Origin: a virus
Taxonomy: Duplodnaviria; Caudoviricetes
Strand: one strand, 5' to 3'
IMG/VR virus record: IMGVR_UViG_2636416019_000001
Location: 2,400-66,399 of that record
Length of the DNA: 64,000 bases
The position numbers were made by a program, and so were the translations under genes. This document shows, in pieces, positions 36,779-47,350 of this stretch (position 1 is the first letter of the stretch; each line of letters starts with the position of its first letter). The notes below the pieces were generated by a model. That model was not told the DNA's origin. It saw only the letters and a list, made by a program, of their open reading frames with translations, and did no database searches.

Positions 36779-37838
36779 TGCCACAATCCGGCACGCGGTT
36801 TTCCTTGAGCAGTTGAAGGCGGGGGAGGCGGGTAAGTTCGCTCCCTTCCTCAAGGAGATTGACCGGTCGATCCGGGATCGCCTCACTCAGTCGGACCTGA
36901 CCGAGTACAACGTCAAGCGATTAGAGGCGCTGCTGAAGGAGGTCGATAGCCTGCTGCTGGGCATCTTCGACCGCTACAGCGCGCAACTGAACCTCGACCT
37001 GATCGACATTGCCAACTACGAGGCCGAGTTTGAGGCTACGAGCTTGGCCAGGTCGGCACCGGTCGGTGTCTCGCTGGATGTCGTGGCGCCGACGGCAGCA
37101 GCGATCCGCACAGCGGTGCTGACAAACCCGCTCAGCGTGCGTGGCACTGGCGGTGGCAAGCTGCTGAAGTCCTTCATCAAGGGCTGGACCAGTGCAGAGC
37201 GCGACCGCGTCACTGGCACGATCCGGCAAGGCTTCTTCGAAGGGCAGACCAACTTCCAGATCATCCGAAACATCCGTGGCACTAAGGCCGCGGGCTATAA
37301 GGACGGCATTCTCGCCACCACCAACCGCAATGCCAGCACAGTGGTGCATACAGCGATCCAGCATGTGTCGTCCCAGGCGCGCATGGAGGTGGCCAAGGCC
37401 AACACGGACATCGTGTCCGAGGTCGAGATGGTCGCCACGCTGGACAGCAAGACCAGTCAGCAATGCCGGTCGATGGACAAGCGCCGGTTCCCGGTCGACT
37501 CCGGGCCCAGGCCGCCGTTTCATCCAAATTGCCGAACCACGTTTGTGCTGCTGACCAAGCTCAGTGAGATATTTACCAAGGGCGCTACGCGTGCCTCGGT
37601 GGGGGCAGATGGAGCAGGGCAGGTCAGCGCGAGCCTCGACTATTACCACTGGCTCCAGCAACAGCCAGCATCGTTCCAGGACGTCGCGATTGGCCCTATC
37701 CGAGGCAAGCTGTTCCGGGAGGGTGGCCTGACCGTGGAGCGCTTCGCTGAGCTGCAGCTTGATCGCAACTTCGCACCGCTGACGTTGGTGCAGATGAAGG
37801 TCCTGGAGCCGCTAGCGTTTGAGCGCGCGAGCCTTTGA
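36753..37838 (+). CDS. minor head protein (SPP1 gp7/Mu F family)
   Basis: ATLDSKTS..C..PPFHPNCRT. Confidence 0.9.
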   Translation: MAVNQAILDATIRHAVFLEQLKAGEAGKFAPFLKEIDRSIRDRLTQSDLTEYNVKRLEALLKEVDSLLLGIFDRYSAQLNLDLIDIANYEAEFEATSLARSAPVGVSLDVVAPTAAAIRTAVLTNPLSVRGTGGGKLLKSFIKGWTSAERDRVTGTIRQGFFEGQTNFQIIRNIRGTKAAGYKDGILATTNRNASTVVHTAIQHVSSQARMEVAKANTDIVSEVEMVATLDSKTSQQCRSMDKRRFPVDSGPRPPFHPNCRTTFVLLTKLSEIFTKGATRASVGADGAGQVSASLDYYHWLQQQPASFQDVAIGPIRGKLFREGGLTVERFAELQLDRNFAPLTLVQMKVLEPLAFERASL

Positions 37839-37914
37839 AACTCGTGCAAACCACTGGATTTTGCCGTTTCAAAAGAGCCTTACCATGTCACCTCAATTAA
37901 CAACGAGGTGTTGC

Positions 37915-38157
37915 ATGAGCATGGAATTTGAACGGAGTGTAAGAGTGACGGGTGATCTGATTGAGTCCTTTCTCAGCATGTTGGCGCGTCATCCAAGCGG
38001 TACAGGCGGTTTTGATGACTTCCCAATCGATGGACCAGCAGGTCGCGAAGAGGAGATTTTCCAACTGGTGAATCAGCGACTACAGAAAAGCTACCCCTGG
38101 GTAGCGCTCGCTCTCACTCCGGAAGCAAAGATTCGATGCTCTGGCATCACACCGTAG
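37915..38157 (+). CDS. hypothetical protein (moron in the head operon)
   Basis: 80 aa, GAGGTG RBS, lower GC, terminator at about 38176-38202. Confidence 0.65.
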   Translation: MSMEFERSVRVTGDLIESFLSMLARHPSGTGGFDDFPIDGPAGREEEIFQLVNQRLQKSYPWVALALTPEAKIRCSGITP

Positions 38158-38245
38158 CTTTCCAGCCGACTCACTAGCCCTGGCATCAGCTGGGGCTTTT
38201 TTATGCCCGCCAGGCGGGCCGACCAAACCCAAGGGGTGCATCATC

Positions 38246-38974
38246 GTGGCAGAAGAAAACGAAATCGACCTGGAAAACCCGGCAATCAAGGCCGCTATCG
38301 CGACTGCCGTTGAAGCATCCGTTTCCGGGCTGAAAACCAAGAACACCGAACTGCTGGGCAAGCTGAAGGAAACCTCTGGCAAGCTCAGCCAGTTCGAGAC
38401 CCAGTTTGAAGGCATCGACATCGACGCTGTCAAAGGCTTGCTCAGCCGGGCTGGCCAAGACGAAGAAACCAAGCTGCTGACTGAGGGCAAGGTGGATGAG
38501 GTCTTCAATCGCCGTACCGAGCGCCTGCGTGGTGACTACGATAAGCAGTTGAAGACAGTCACTGCGCGAGCCGAGAAGGCAGAGGCGTTCGCCGCCAAGT
38601 TCCAGGGCAAGGTCCTGGGCGACTCGGTGCGCGGTGCAGCACTGAAAGCCGGCGCACTGCCGGAAGCAACCGACGACATCATCCTGCGCGCCAAAGGCGT
38701 GTTCTCGCTGAACGAAGAGGGCGAAGCGGTTGCCGTTGATGAGTCTGGTCAGGTCATCCTCGGCAAAGACGGCAAGACCCCTCTGACGCCGCTCGAATGG
38801 GCGGAATCTCTGCGCGAAAGCGCACCTCACCTGTGGCCAAGGGCTTCAGGCACACAAGCCCCGGGCGGGGGTAGCGGCCAGGCTGCATTCAAGCGCTCCG
38901 AAATGACTGCCGAGCAGAAGCGCGACTACCAGCGCAAGCACGGCCAAACCGCATTCCTGCAATTGCCCAAGTAA
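38246..38974 (+). CDS. capsid scaffold protein
   Basis: helical, directly upstream of the major capsid gene. Confidence 0.8.
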   Translation: MAEENEIDLENPAIKAAIATAVEASVSGLKTKNTELLGKLKETSGKLSQFETQFEGIDIDAVKGLLSRAGQDEETKLLTEGKVDEVFNRRTERLRGDYDKQLKTVTARAEKAEAFAAKFQGKVLGDSVRGAALKAGALPEATDDIILRAKGVFSLNEEGEAVAVDESGQVILGKDGKTPLTPLEWAESLRESAPHLWPRASGTQAPGGGSGQAAFKRSEMTAEQKRDYQRKHGQTAFLQLPK

Positions 38975-38986
38975 GGGGATTCACCC

Positions 38987-39949
38987 ATGGCAACGACTGT
39001 TAATAGCGACCTGATCATCTACAACGATGAGGCGCAAACCGCATACCTGGAGCGTGTCCAGGACAACCTCGATGTGTTCAACGCATCGTCCAATGGTGCG
39101 ATCGTGCTCGACAACGAGCTGATTGAAGGCGACTTCCGCAAGCGTGCCTTCTACAAGATCGGTGGTTCGTTGGAGCATCGCGATGTCAACTCCACCAGTA
39201 AGGTGACCGCGAAGAAGATCGGCGCCGGCGAGGCTGTTGGCGTCAAGGCTCCGTGGAAATATGGCCCGTACCAGACCACCGAAGAGTTGTTCAAGCGCCG
39301 CGGCCGTCCGGTAGACGAGTTCTCCCAAATCATCGGTGCCGATGTTGCTGATGCCACTCTGGAAGGCTTCATCCAGTACGCCGCCGCGGCGCTGCGTGCC
39401 GCCATCGGCTCCAACGCCGGCATGGTGGTTACTGCCAACATCGAAACCGATGGCAAGAAGACTCTGACCCGTGGCATGCGCAAGTTCGGTGACAAGTTCG
39501 GCCGTATCGCCCTGTGGGTCATGCACTCCAGCGCCTACTTCGACATTGTCGACGAGGCCATCACCAACAAGATCTACGAGGAAGCCGGTGTTGTCATCTA
39601 TGGCGGCCTGCCAGGCACCCTCGGCAAACCGGTGCTGGTGACCGACACCGCGCCGGCCGATGTGATCTTCGGCCTGCTGCCCAATGCGGTGGTGATCACC
39701 GAGTCCCAGGCCCCGGGCTTCCGCTCCTACACCGTCGACGATGAGGAGAACCTGGCTATCGGCTACCGCGCCGAAGGCACCGTCAATATCGACGTGTTGG
39801 GCTACAGCTGGAAGGACGCAGTCGGTGGCTCGAACCCAACGCTGGCTGCGGTCGGCTCGGCGGCCAACTGGATCAAGCATGCCGGCAGCGACAAGGTCAC
39901 TGCCGGCGTAATGATTACTCTGACCACCACGCCACCAGCCGGCGGCTGA
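38987..39949 (+). CDS. major capsid protein
   Basis: 320 aa; GDK..WVMHS..LGKPVLVTD HK97-fold pattern. Confidence 0.9.
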   Translation: MATTVNSDLIIYNDEAQTAYLERVQDNLDVFNASSNGAIVLDNELIEGDFRKRAFYKIGGSLEHRDVNSTSKVTAKKIGAGEAVGVKAPWKYGPYQTTEELFKRRGRPVDEFSQIIGADVADATLEGFIQYAAAALRAAIGSNAGMVVTANIETDGKKTLTRGMRKFGDKFGRIALWVMHSSAYFDIVDEAITNKIYEEAGVVIYGGLPGTLGKPVLVTDTAPADVIFGLLPNAVVITESQAPGFRSYTVDDEENLAIGYRAEGTVNIDVLGYSWKDAVGGSNPTLAAVGSAANWIKHAGSDKVTAGVMITLTTTPPAGG

Positions 39950-39994
39950 TGCTGGCCCTGACAGCGGCCAGCGATGGCCGCTATGGAGACTTTT

Positions 39995-40588
39995 ATGGAA
40001 CTGGTTTACTCCACTCAGAATTCGGACTTCGATCCGGAAAAGCGGTACCGCAATCCAGCTCACTTTGATCGACCAGAGGCAGGTGTGACCCATGCAGTCG
40101 TGTTTGGTGATTGGCCGAAGGTGGTCGAGGCCTATGAGGCGTTGGGCGTCGAGGTCTCGGTGATGAAGCCTTTGATCAGCCAGTCGGTTGATTCGGGCGG
40201 CGCCGACGTCATTGCCGGTCTGGAGCAGGAGAACGACAACCTCCGTACCGAGCGCGCCGGAATCCTGCGACTGATCGTAGCTGCTGAAGACAAGTCGACC
40301 CTGGAACACCCAGGTGATGGCGAGCTGCCGATCCGGCTGTTCGACGCACTGAAGGTCATTCGCGAAGGTAACGTCTCCCTTAAGGGCGAGCGCGACAACC
40401 TGGCCGGCGAGGCTGAATCGCTCCGAGCCGAAGTCGCACGCCTCAAGGCGGCAGCAGATCAGCCGGGTGACAGCGCCGAGAAGATCGCCGGCCTCAAAGC
40501 GCAGCTCGATGCGGCTGGAGTGCAATACCGGGCGAATGCTTCGGTAGAATCGCTGGAAAAGGCGGTTGCTGATCTGCAAAAGGCGTAA
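39995..40588 (+). CDS. phage hypothetical protein
   Basis: 197 aa; C-terminal LKAQLDAAGVQYRANAS..L HeH-like motif. Confidence 0.75.
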   Translation: MELVYSTQNSDFDPEKRYRNPAHFDRPEAGVTHAVVFGDWPKVVEAYEALGVEVSVMKPLISQSVDSGGADVIAGLEQENDNLRTERAGILRLIVAAEDKSTLEHPGDGELPIRLFDALKVIREGNVSLKGERDNLAGEAESLRAEVARLKAAADQPGDSAEKIAGLKAQLDAAGVQYRANASVESLEKAVADLQKA

Positions 40589-40644
40589 CAATTCGGGCGC
40601 TTGGAAACCGGTGCCCGATCCCCAAACATACAGCGAGCTGATTC

Positions 40645-41148
40645 ATGACACTCATCATCGAGGACGGTACCGGTAAGCCTGACGCAGAAAGCTACGCCTC
40701 CGCCGAGGACCTGGCCATGTACGCCGTGAAGTTCGGCGTGACCATCCCAGCGGAAGTGCCAGCACAGGAAGCGCTGCTGCGTCGGGCCGCCTTGGCGATG
40801 GATGGTATGACCTGGAAGGGCCGCAAGATGGATAGCGACCAGGCGCTGGCCTGGCCGCGCCGCGGCGTCGAACTGGATCGCGAGATCAAGCCCGACAACT
40901 ACCTGCCGGCGCGCATCCAGTACGGCCAGATGGCCCTGGCTGCTGAGATCCACACCGACGACATCGACCCGATCGAGAAGCGCAAAGGTGCGGTCACCCG
41001 GGAGCGGGTTGAAGGCGCGGTTGATCGCGAGTACGCGACGATCCCGAACACAAGCGGCCGACTTTTGCCGGCGGCGCCGGATCGGCCGAGCGCTACGCAG
41101 TTTGCCGACTACCTACAGAAACGCGGGCTGTTCGCAGTGCGCGCATAA
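40645..41148 (+). CDS. head-tail adaptor (DnaT-like annotation family)
   Basis: LIIEDGTG..AESYAS..WKG..QALAWPR. Confidence 0.8.
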   Translation: MTLIIEDGTGKPDAESYASAEDLAMYAVKFGVTIPAEVPAQEALLRRAALAMDGMTWKGRKMDSDQALAWPRRGVELDREIKPDNYLPARIQYGQMALAAEIHTDDIDPIEKRKGAVTRERVEGAVDREYATIPNTSGRLLPAAPDRPSATQFADYLQKRGLFAVRA

Positions 41149-41164
41149 CCGAAACGGAGCCCTC

Positions 41165-41533
41165 ATGGCCTTTTACGACGAAATGGCCGTGATGGCTCTG
41201 GAGATGATCACGGAGTTCGGCCAGCCTGTGCTGATCCGCGACATCAAGCCCGGCGAGTACGACCCGAGCACTGGAACAGCAGGTCCCGACACCGTTACCG
41301 AGCAAACCGCAAAAGGCATCTTGCTCGACTTCACCGGCCAGGAGTTCCAGGCCAACAGCCTGATCAAGGTCGGCGACAAGAAACTCAAGATCGCTGCCCG
41401 CGGGCTTGAGTGGGCGCCGAGCCTACTGAACAAGGTCGTTGTCCAGGGTCGCACCTGGTCAATCGTTCCGCCGCTGAAAGAGATCAACCCGGCCGGCACG
41501 CCCATCCTGTACGAGCTGCAGGTGAGGTCGTGA
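41165..41533 (+). CDS. head closure protein
   Basis: position; GEYDP.TG..IKVGDKK..YELQVR. Confidence 0.75.
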   Translation: MAFYDEMAVMALEMITEFGQPVLIRDIKPGEYDPSTGTAGPDTVTEQTAKGILLDFTGQEFQANSLIKVGDKKLKIAARGLEWAPSLLNKVVVQGRTWSIVPPLKEINPAGTPILYELQVRS

Positions 41534-42126
41534 GCAGGGCGGGTGCCGGCCAGTCCGGCAGCTTTGCCCTAAGCCTTGCCGAGCTCGCAGCCCAGGCCAC
41601 GGAAGCCATCGATGCCAGCCTGCGCGAGATCATCATCGAGGTCGGTAGCAGCCTGATCCGCATGTCGCCCGTGGGCAACCCTGAGATCTGGGCGCAGAAC
41701 GCCGTGGCGACTCAGTACAACAAGGCAGTCGACGAGCACAACACCGCGCTGCGTAGCGACCCGGCCAATCTGACGAAGGCCGGCCGGCTGAAGCCTGGGC
41801 GTAAGCTGAACGACGGCATGGATATCGTTGCACCTGAAGGCTACGTCGGCGGCCGGTTCCGGGCGAACTGGCACCTCTCGATAGACGTGGTCGAGAACGT
41901 CACCTTCGACGAGGTTGACCCGGGCGGCCAAGAGACGATAGCTGCGCTGGTTTCGGCGGTGAGCGACTTCACCGCCGGCCAGGTTGCCTACCTCATCAAC
42001 AACCTGCCATATGCCATCCCGCTGGAGTTCGGGCACTCGACCCAGGCTCCCAAGGGGATGGTCCGTGTCACCGTCGCTCGCTTCCAGCAGATCGTGCAGG
42101 AAGCCATCAGGAACAACCAGGTATGA
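41530..42126 (+). CDS. HK97 gp10-like tail completion protein
   Basis: SPV..GRFRANW..NNLPYA..LEFGHSTQAP.GMV. Confidence 0.85.
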   Translation: MSRAGAGQSGSFALSLAELAAQATEAIDASLREIIIEVGSSLIRMSPVGNPEIWAQNAVATQYNKAVDEHNTALRSDPANLTKAGRLKPGRKLNDGMDIVAPEGYVGGRFRANWHLSIDVVENVTFDEVDPGGQETIAALVSAVSDFTAGQVAYLINNLPYAIPLEFGHSTQAPKGMVRVTVARFQQIVQEAIRNNQV

Positions 42127-42539
42127 GCCACAACGTGATTGCCTCGATCTACGAGGCCAGGGTCATCGGCTGGGCGAAGGCTTTGCCTGCACCGCTGAAG
42201 GTTGTGGTCGAGAACGAGGCCTACCAGCCTGCTGATGGAGAAACCTATCTACGGGTATTCACATTGCCCGCTGACACTGCGAGCAGCACGCTCGGCGGCG
42301 ATCATCGGCTATACACCGGAGTGTTTCAGGTCAGTATTGTGACGCCGTCAGGGACGTACCGGGGCGCTGCCGGTGCGCTGGCAGACCAGATCGCCGCATT
42401 GTTTCCGCTATACGAGCGGAATACGAAAGGCTCGCTGGCAGTGCTGACCATGACGCCAGCGAGCCAGGGGCCAGGAATCTCGGCCGACACCACATACACG
42501 GTCCCGGTCTCGTTTCAGTACCGCTCCGACACCAACTAA
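42123..42539 (+). CDS. tail terminator (DUF4128-like)
   Basis: G.FQVSI..P.G..A..IAALFP. Confidence 0.8.
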   Translation: MSHNVIASIYEARVIGWAKALPAPLKVVVENEAYQPADGETYLRVFTLPADTASSTLGGDHRLYTGVFQVSIVTPSGTYRGAAGALADQIAALFPLYERNTKGSLAVLTMTPASQGPGISADTTYTVPVSFQYRSDTN

Positions 42540-42609
42540 TCCGCCCGTTGGGCAAACCCAGAACCCGCCATTGAGCGGGTTTTGTCATTTCTGCAAAGAG
42601 GAAAACCCG

Positions 42610-43263
42610 ATGAGCTTCAAACTCCCCAACGGCTCGACCTTCGAAATCGCAGCAGCCTACGGCACTGCGGTCCTTGTCACTGTCCTGAGCAATGCCAATC
42701 CAGCTGTAGCAACCGCTGCCGCCCACGGCCTGGCCGAGGGTGACGTCGTCGCCGTGACGTCCGGCTGGACCCGTCTGAATGGGCGTGCTGCGCGCGTTTC
42801 TGACATCACCAGCGGCACTTTCGGCCTGGAGAACATCAACACCACCAGTACCCAGGCATACCCGGCAGGCTCCGGTGCTGGCTCGGTGCGTGAGGTGACC
42901 AGCTTTGCCGAGATCTCGCAGATCACCGACATGACGTCGAGTGGTGGCGACCAGCAGTTCCTGACCTTCGGCTTCCTGGCTGACGACGATGACCGCCAGA
43001 TCCCGACCACCAAGAACCCGATCAGCCTGTCGGTGACCGTGGCTGACGATCAGTCGCTGCCGTATGTGGCCATCGTCGAGGCTGCTGACGAGGACAAGGA
43101 GCCGCGCGTGCTGCGCCTGAACCTGCCAAATGGCGACTCGATCCTCTACAACGCCTACGTCTCGATCACCTCGACGCCGGCGCTGTCCCGCAACAACCTG
43201 ATGACCCGAACCATCAGCATCTCGCTGACCGGCCGCCCAACCCGTTACAGCGCCGCGGCGTAA
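42610..43263 (+). CDS. major tail (tube) protein
   Basis: KLPNGST..SNANPAVAT..SGGDQQF. Confidence 0.9.
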   Translation: MSFKLPNGSTFEIAAAYGTAVLVTVLSNANPAVATAAAHGLAEGDVVAVTSGWTRLNGRAARVSDITSGTFGLENINTTSTQAYPAGSGAGSVREVTSFAEISQITDMTSSGGDQQFLTFGFLADDDDRQIPTTKNPISLSVTVADDQSLPYVAIVEAADEDKEPRVLRLNLPNGDSILYNAYVSITSTPALSRNNLMTRTISISLTGRPTRYSAAA

Positions 43264-43272
43264 GGAAGTCTC

Positions 43273-43656
43273 ATGGCTACGTTCAAGATTGCTCAAGCCG
43301 CCACATTCAAGGCGGGGGTGATGATTCCCCGAGTGGGCGCCGATCCGCTGAAGGTGGATTTCGAGTTCAGGCACCGCGACCGTGTCGACCTGGCGGCGCT
43401 GTTCGATACCTGGAACGAGCAGCGCAAGGAAGTGCAGGAGCGCTTCAAGGGTGGCGAACCATCGCTCTCCGAAGTGATCGCTGCCGACATCGAGCAGCAA
43501 ACCCAGCAGATCAAGGATCTGGTTGTTGGCTGGGGCTTCGATGATCCGTTCTGCGACGAGTCCATTGTTGAACTGGTGAAGACCTGCAGCGGCTCCGCCG
43601 AGGCTGTCGTCGATGCCTACCAGGAGGCATACAAGAAGGCGCGCCTGGGAAACTGA
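43273..43656 (+). CDS. tail assembly chaperone (G-like)
   Basis: position; ends RLGN with slippery G-GGA-AAC. Confidence 0.85.
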   Translation: MATFKIAQAATFKAGVMIPRVGADPLKVDFEFRHRDRVDLAALFDTWNEQRKEVQERFKGGEPSLSEVIAADIEQQTQQIKDLVVGWGFDDPFCDESIVELVKTCSGSAEAVVDAYQEAYKKARLGN

Positions 43657-43979
43657 CCAGCGCCGCCCGCGCACTGTACGAACCTGGCCCATCGGATGCC
43701 GAGCTTCAGGCTTTCGGCATGCTCCGCAAGGATCTTCCTGAAGAGGTGATCGAGGTCTTTCCAGAGAACTGGAAAGCCTTTGTCGTCATGGAATCGATGG
43801 GTACCCAGTGGCGTACAGGCTCTGGCGGCGCGATTGGCCTGGATTACGGCGTGCTGCCCAGCGTGATGCGATTGACCGGTGTTCCAGCAAAGGAACGAGT
43901 CGCGATTTTCCAAGACATCCGCGTCATGGAGGCCGAAGCCCTCGCCGTAATGGCTGAGGCCAGAGAAACCAGCCCGTGA
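43647..43979 (+). CDS. -1 frameshift extension of the tail chaperone (GT-like, DUF1799)
   Basis: GGGAAAC at 43647-43653; the -1 frame is open to 43979 (TQWR..GLDY..IRVME). Confidence 0.85.
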   Translation, partial: GKLTSAARALYEPGPSDAELQAFGMLRKDLPEEVIEVFPENWKAFVVMESMGTQWRTGSGGAIGLDYGVLPSVMRLTGVPAKERVAIFQDIRVMEAEALAVMAEARETSP

Positions 43980-44006
43980 CCGCGGGCAACTATTCAAGGT
44001 GAGTCG

Positions 44007-47003
44007 ATGAACATCGCTGAACTGGGGATCCGCGTCGACTCCGCTGATGCTGCTCAGGCTGCAACCGACCTCGACAAGATGACGAAGGCCGGCACCCGGG
44101 CTGAACAGTCTGCTGTCGGCCTGATGAACGAGATGCAGGCGCTGGAGAAGTCGCTGTCATCTGGAGCTAAGTCCACCCAGGAGTTGGCCAAGCAGCGTGA
44201 CGCGCTGGCCAGGCTGACCAAGACCGGCGCCTACGGCGAGGCAGAGTTTGCGAAGATCACCGCGCAACTCGACAAGCAGCAAGCCGCGCTGGTCAAGTCC
44301 ACCCTGGACGAGCAGAAGGCTCTCAACAGCCTGTTGGGAGCCATCAACCCGGCCATGGCGGCGGTAGCCAAGCTCGACAAGCAGATCGAGGACCTGGGCA
44401 AGCACCTGGATGCTGGCCGTATCAGCCAAGAGCAGTACAACTCCGCGCTGAGCAAGATCGACAAGGACTACGCCAAGCTCGAGAAGACCGCCTCCGGCTT
44501 CGACAAGCTGCGCCTCGGCACCCGCCAGGCCCAGGAAAACGTTGTGCAACTCGGCAACGCGCTGTCGTCCGGTGACTGGGGCAGCGGTGTTCGCGCCGTG
44601 GCTCAGTTGGGCGCTGGTGCTGGCGCTTCGGCGGCGGGGTTGCTGGCCATTCTGGCGCCTATCGCTTTGGTCACTGCTGCAGTCACTGCTCTCGGATTCA
44701 GTTATTACAAGGGCACCAAAGAGCAGGATAAGTACAACGAATCGCTGATTGGGACCGGCAACTTTGCCGGGGTGAGCGCTGGGCAGCTTGGCGATATGGC
44801 GCGCCAGGTCGGCGCAACCGTCGGCACTACCGGGCAGGCCGCTGAAGTCCTGGCGCTGTTGGCAGGGAACGGCAAGATCGCGGGCGAGAGCTTCCTGGGT
44901 ATTACCCAGGCTGCCGTGTCGATGCAAGAAGCTACCGGCAAGGCGGTCAAGGACACGGTCGCCGAATTCGCGAAGATCGCCGATGAGCCCGTGAAAGCCT
45001 CGGCTGCGCTCAACGAGCAATACCACTACCTGACGGCTTCGGTTTACTCGCAGATCGCCGCGCTTGAAGAGCAGGGCGATCATGCCGGCGCGGTAAAGCT
45101 GGCGACTGAGCAATACGCCGACGCGATCAACGAGCGTACGCCGCGGATCCTCGAAAACCTCAGCTTCTGGGAGAAGGGCTACAACGCAGTAGCGCGGGCA
45201 GCGGACAACCTGAAGAACCTGGGCCGCCCCGATATCGACGCCGATATCGAACAGGCCCGGCGAAATCTGGAGCAGGCTCAGTCCGGAAATGTTGGAGCGT
45301 TCCAGAACCAGAAGGAGATGGTCGAGCTCTACAGCAACCAGCTCAATATGCTGGAGGATCAGAAGGCCGCAGCGGCGGACATTGCCAAGTGGGAAGGCGA
45401 ACAGGCTAAAGCCCAGCAGGATGCTGTCACCGCGATGGGCAAGGTCGATGCCCTGACCAAGTCCTCCTGGACGAATGAGCAGAAGCGCGCCGATGCACTG
45501 AAGGAGTACAAGCGGCAGCTCGACGATATCCGCAAGGTCAGCCCCAACGATGCACGCCTGAATCAGGCGGTGGTCGACAAAAACATCGCGAATATCAACG
45601 ACAAGTTCAAGGACTCGAAAGCACCCGCGGGCACCGTCGACCTGACCAGCTTCAACGACTCGAAAAACGCGCTCACCGGCATCTTGTCCGAGTACAAAAA
45701 CGCCCAGAAGGAACTGGACGCAGCGCAGAAGGCCGGCCTAGTCTCCCAGGCCGACTACCTGCTCAAGCGTCAGGCCATGATCGGCAACGAGCGCGACGAG
45801 GTTACCGCGGCTTACGAGGCGGAAATCTCGGCGCTCGAGGCGACCAAGGGCAAGGCCGGTACCTCGGCGGCCCAACGCATCCAGCTGGACCAGAAGATCG
45901 CCGACGCTCGCGCCTCCATGGTCAAGGCGCAGAAGGATGCCGACTCGGAACTCGCTGTGCTGGCCTCGAATGAGGAAGGCAGGCTCAAGAAACAGGCCCT
46001 GGCCGTCAGCACCTATACCGGTGCCCTGCAGCAGCAAGTCGACACTTTGCGACGGCAGGGGCAGCGTGCGGCCGCCGGCCTTGGGCAAGGTGACCGGCAG
46101 CGCGGCCTGACCGACCAGCAGAATGCCATCGACGATCGCGTCAATCAGCAGCGCCTGGACTTGGCCAACCAGTATGGTGACGGCTCCCGCGGCATGAGTC
46201 TCGACGAGTACAACCAGAAACTGGCAGCCCTGGATAAGACGCAGCGGGACCTGCAGGAAACGGCGATCGCCAACTACGACGAGATGACCGCTGCCCAGGG
46301 CAGCTGGAGTGCCGGCGCTACGTCGGCGTGGCAGAACTACCTGGAATCAGCTCGGGACGTCGCAGGGCAGACGAAAAGCTTGTTCACCAATGCCTACAGC
46401 TCCATGGAGGACGCAGCCGTCAACTTCGCTATGACCGGGAAGTTCTCGTTCTCCGACTTCACCAAGTCGGTGCTGGCGGATATGGCGCGGATTGCCACCC
46501 GTCAGGCCAGTTCGGCGCTGCTGGGCAGCTTGGTAGGGGCAGCAACCAGTTATTTCACCGGTAGTGGTAGCGGCGCCGGGGCGACCTCGGCTGGTAGTAC
46601 ACAGGCTGGTTATACCGGGGTCGATTTCTCTGGATATCGAGCTGCTGGTGGTCCTGTCGCGCCAAATTCTCTGTACGAGGTCAACGAACTCGGGCCTGAG
46701 TTGTACAACGAGGGCGGCCGGTCATTCCTGATGACCGGGGCAAATGGAGGCAGCGTTACGCCCTTGAGCTCTGGAGGTGGGGCTGGAATAGCGGCTATGA
46801 GTGGTAGCGGCGGGCCAAACATCCAGATCAACGCACCGGTGAGCATCGTCACGCAGGACCGTAGCGGGGAGGGCATGCAGCTCGACCAGCAAGCTCTTCA
46901 GCAAAGCCTTCAGGCTCAGATGAAAGCGGTAGCCGAAAAGGCTGTGGCGGATTCGTGGCGCGCCGGTGGTACCAGTTTCAGGAACACAAACGGGAGGGCC
47001 TGA
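44007..47003 (+). CDS. tape measure protein
   Basis: 998 aa, Ala-rich helical; LNEQYHYLT and lambda-type C-terminus. Confidence 0.95.
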   Translation: MNIAELGIRVDSADAAQAATDLDKMTKAGTRAEQSAVGLMNEMQALEKSLSSGAKSTQELAKQRDALARLTKTGAYGEAEFAKITAQLDKQQAALVKSTLDEQKALNSLLGAINPAMAAVAKLDKQIEDLGKHLDAGRISQEQYNSALSKIDKDYAKLEKTASGFDKLRLGTRQAQENVVQLGNALSSGDWGSGVRAVAQLGAGAGASAAGLLAILAPIALVTAAVTALGFSYYKGTKEQDKYNESLIGTGNFAGVSAGQLGDMARQVGATVGTTGQAAEVLALLAGNGKIAGESFLGITQAAVSMQEATGKAVKDTVAEFAKIADEPVKASAALNEQYHYLTASVYSQIAALEEQGDHAGAVKLATEQYADAINERTPRILENLSFWEKGYNAVARAADNLKNLGRPDIDADIEQARRNLEQAQSGNVGAFQNQKEMVELYSNQLNMLEDQKAAAADIAKWEGEQAKAQQDAVTAMGKVDALTKSSWTNEQKRADALKEYKRQLDDIRKVSPNDARLNQAVVDKNIANINDKFKDSKAPAGTVDLTSFNDSKNALTGILSEYKNAQKELDAAQKAGLVSQADYLLKRQAMIGNERDEVTAAYEAEISALEATKGKAGTSAAQRIQLDQKIADARASMVKAQKDADSELAVLASNEEGRLKKQALAVSTYTGALQQQVDTLRRQGQRAAAGLGQGDRQRGLTDQQNAIDDRVNQQRLDLANQYGDGSRGMSLDEYNQKLAALDKTQRDLQETAIANYDEMTAAQGSWSAGATSAWQNYLESARDVAGQTKSLFTNAYSSMEDAAVNFAMTGKFSFSDFTKSVLADMARIATRQASSALLGSLVGAATSYFTGSGSGAGATSAGSTQAGYTGVDFSGYRAAGGPVAPNSLYEVNELGPELYNEGGRSFLMTGANGGSVTPLSSGGGAGIAAMSGSGGPNIQINAPVSIVTQDRSGEGMQLDQQALQQSLQAQMKAVAEKAVADSWRAGGTSFRNTNGRA

Positions 47004-47341
47004 TGGCTATCGAAACATTCATTTGGCCAACCCAGAACGGGGATGCGCCCGAGATCACCTATCGGGTGCGAACCGCGCAGTTCGGAGACGGCTACAAACA
47101 GGAGGCCGGCGACGGCCCCAACAACAAAGAGGACTCCTATCCGATCACCACCAGTGGCACCAAGGCCAAGGTGACGGAAATCATGGACTTTCTCGACCGG
47201 CATGCCGGCGCGAAGGCTTTCCTCTGGACAACACCGCTTGGCCAGCTCGGCCTGTTCACCTGCAAGAATCCTGTTCCCACCCCGGTGGGCGGGGGCGTTT
47301 TCAAACTCACGGCCACCTTTGACCGTGCCTTTCACCCATAA
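47003..47341 (+). CDS. minor tail protein M-like
   Basis: QFGDGYKQ..FLDRHAGAKAFLWT.P. Confidence 0.9.
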   Translation: MAIETFIWPTQNGDAPEITYRVRTAQFGDGYKQEAGDGPNNKEDSYPITTSGTKAKVTEIMDFLDRHAGAKAFLWTTPLGQLGLFTCKNPVPTPVGGGVFKLTATFDRAFHP

Positions 47342-47350
47342 GGGGCAACC

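Noticed and set aside
43647-43653. programmed -1 frameshift as a novel finding
   Set aside because: Well-known conserved feature of long-tailed phages; listed as a feature
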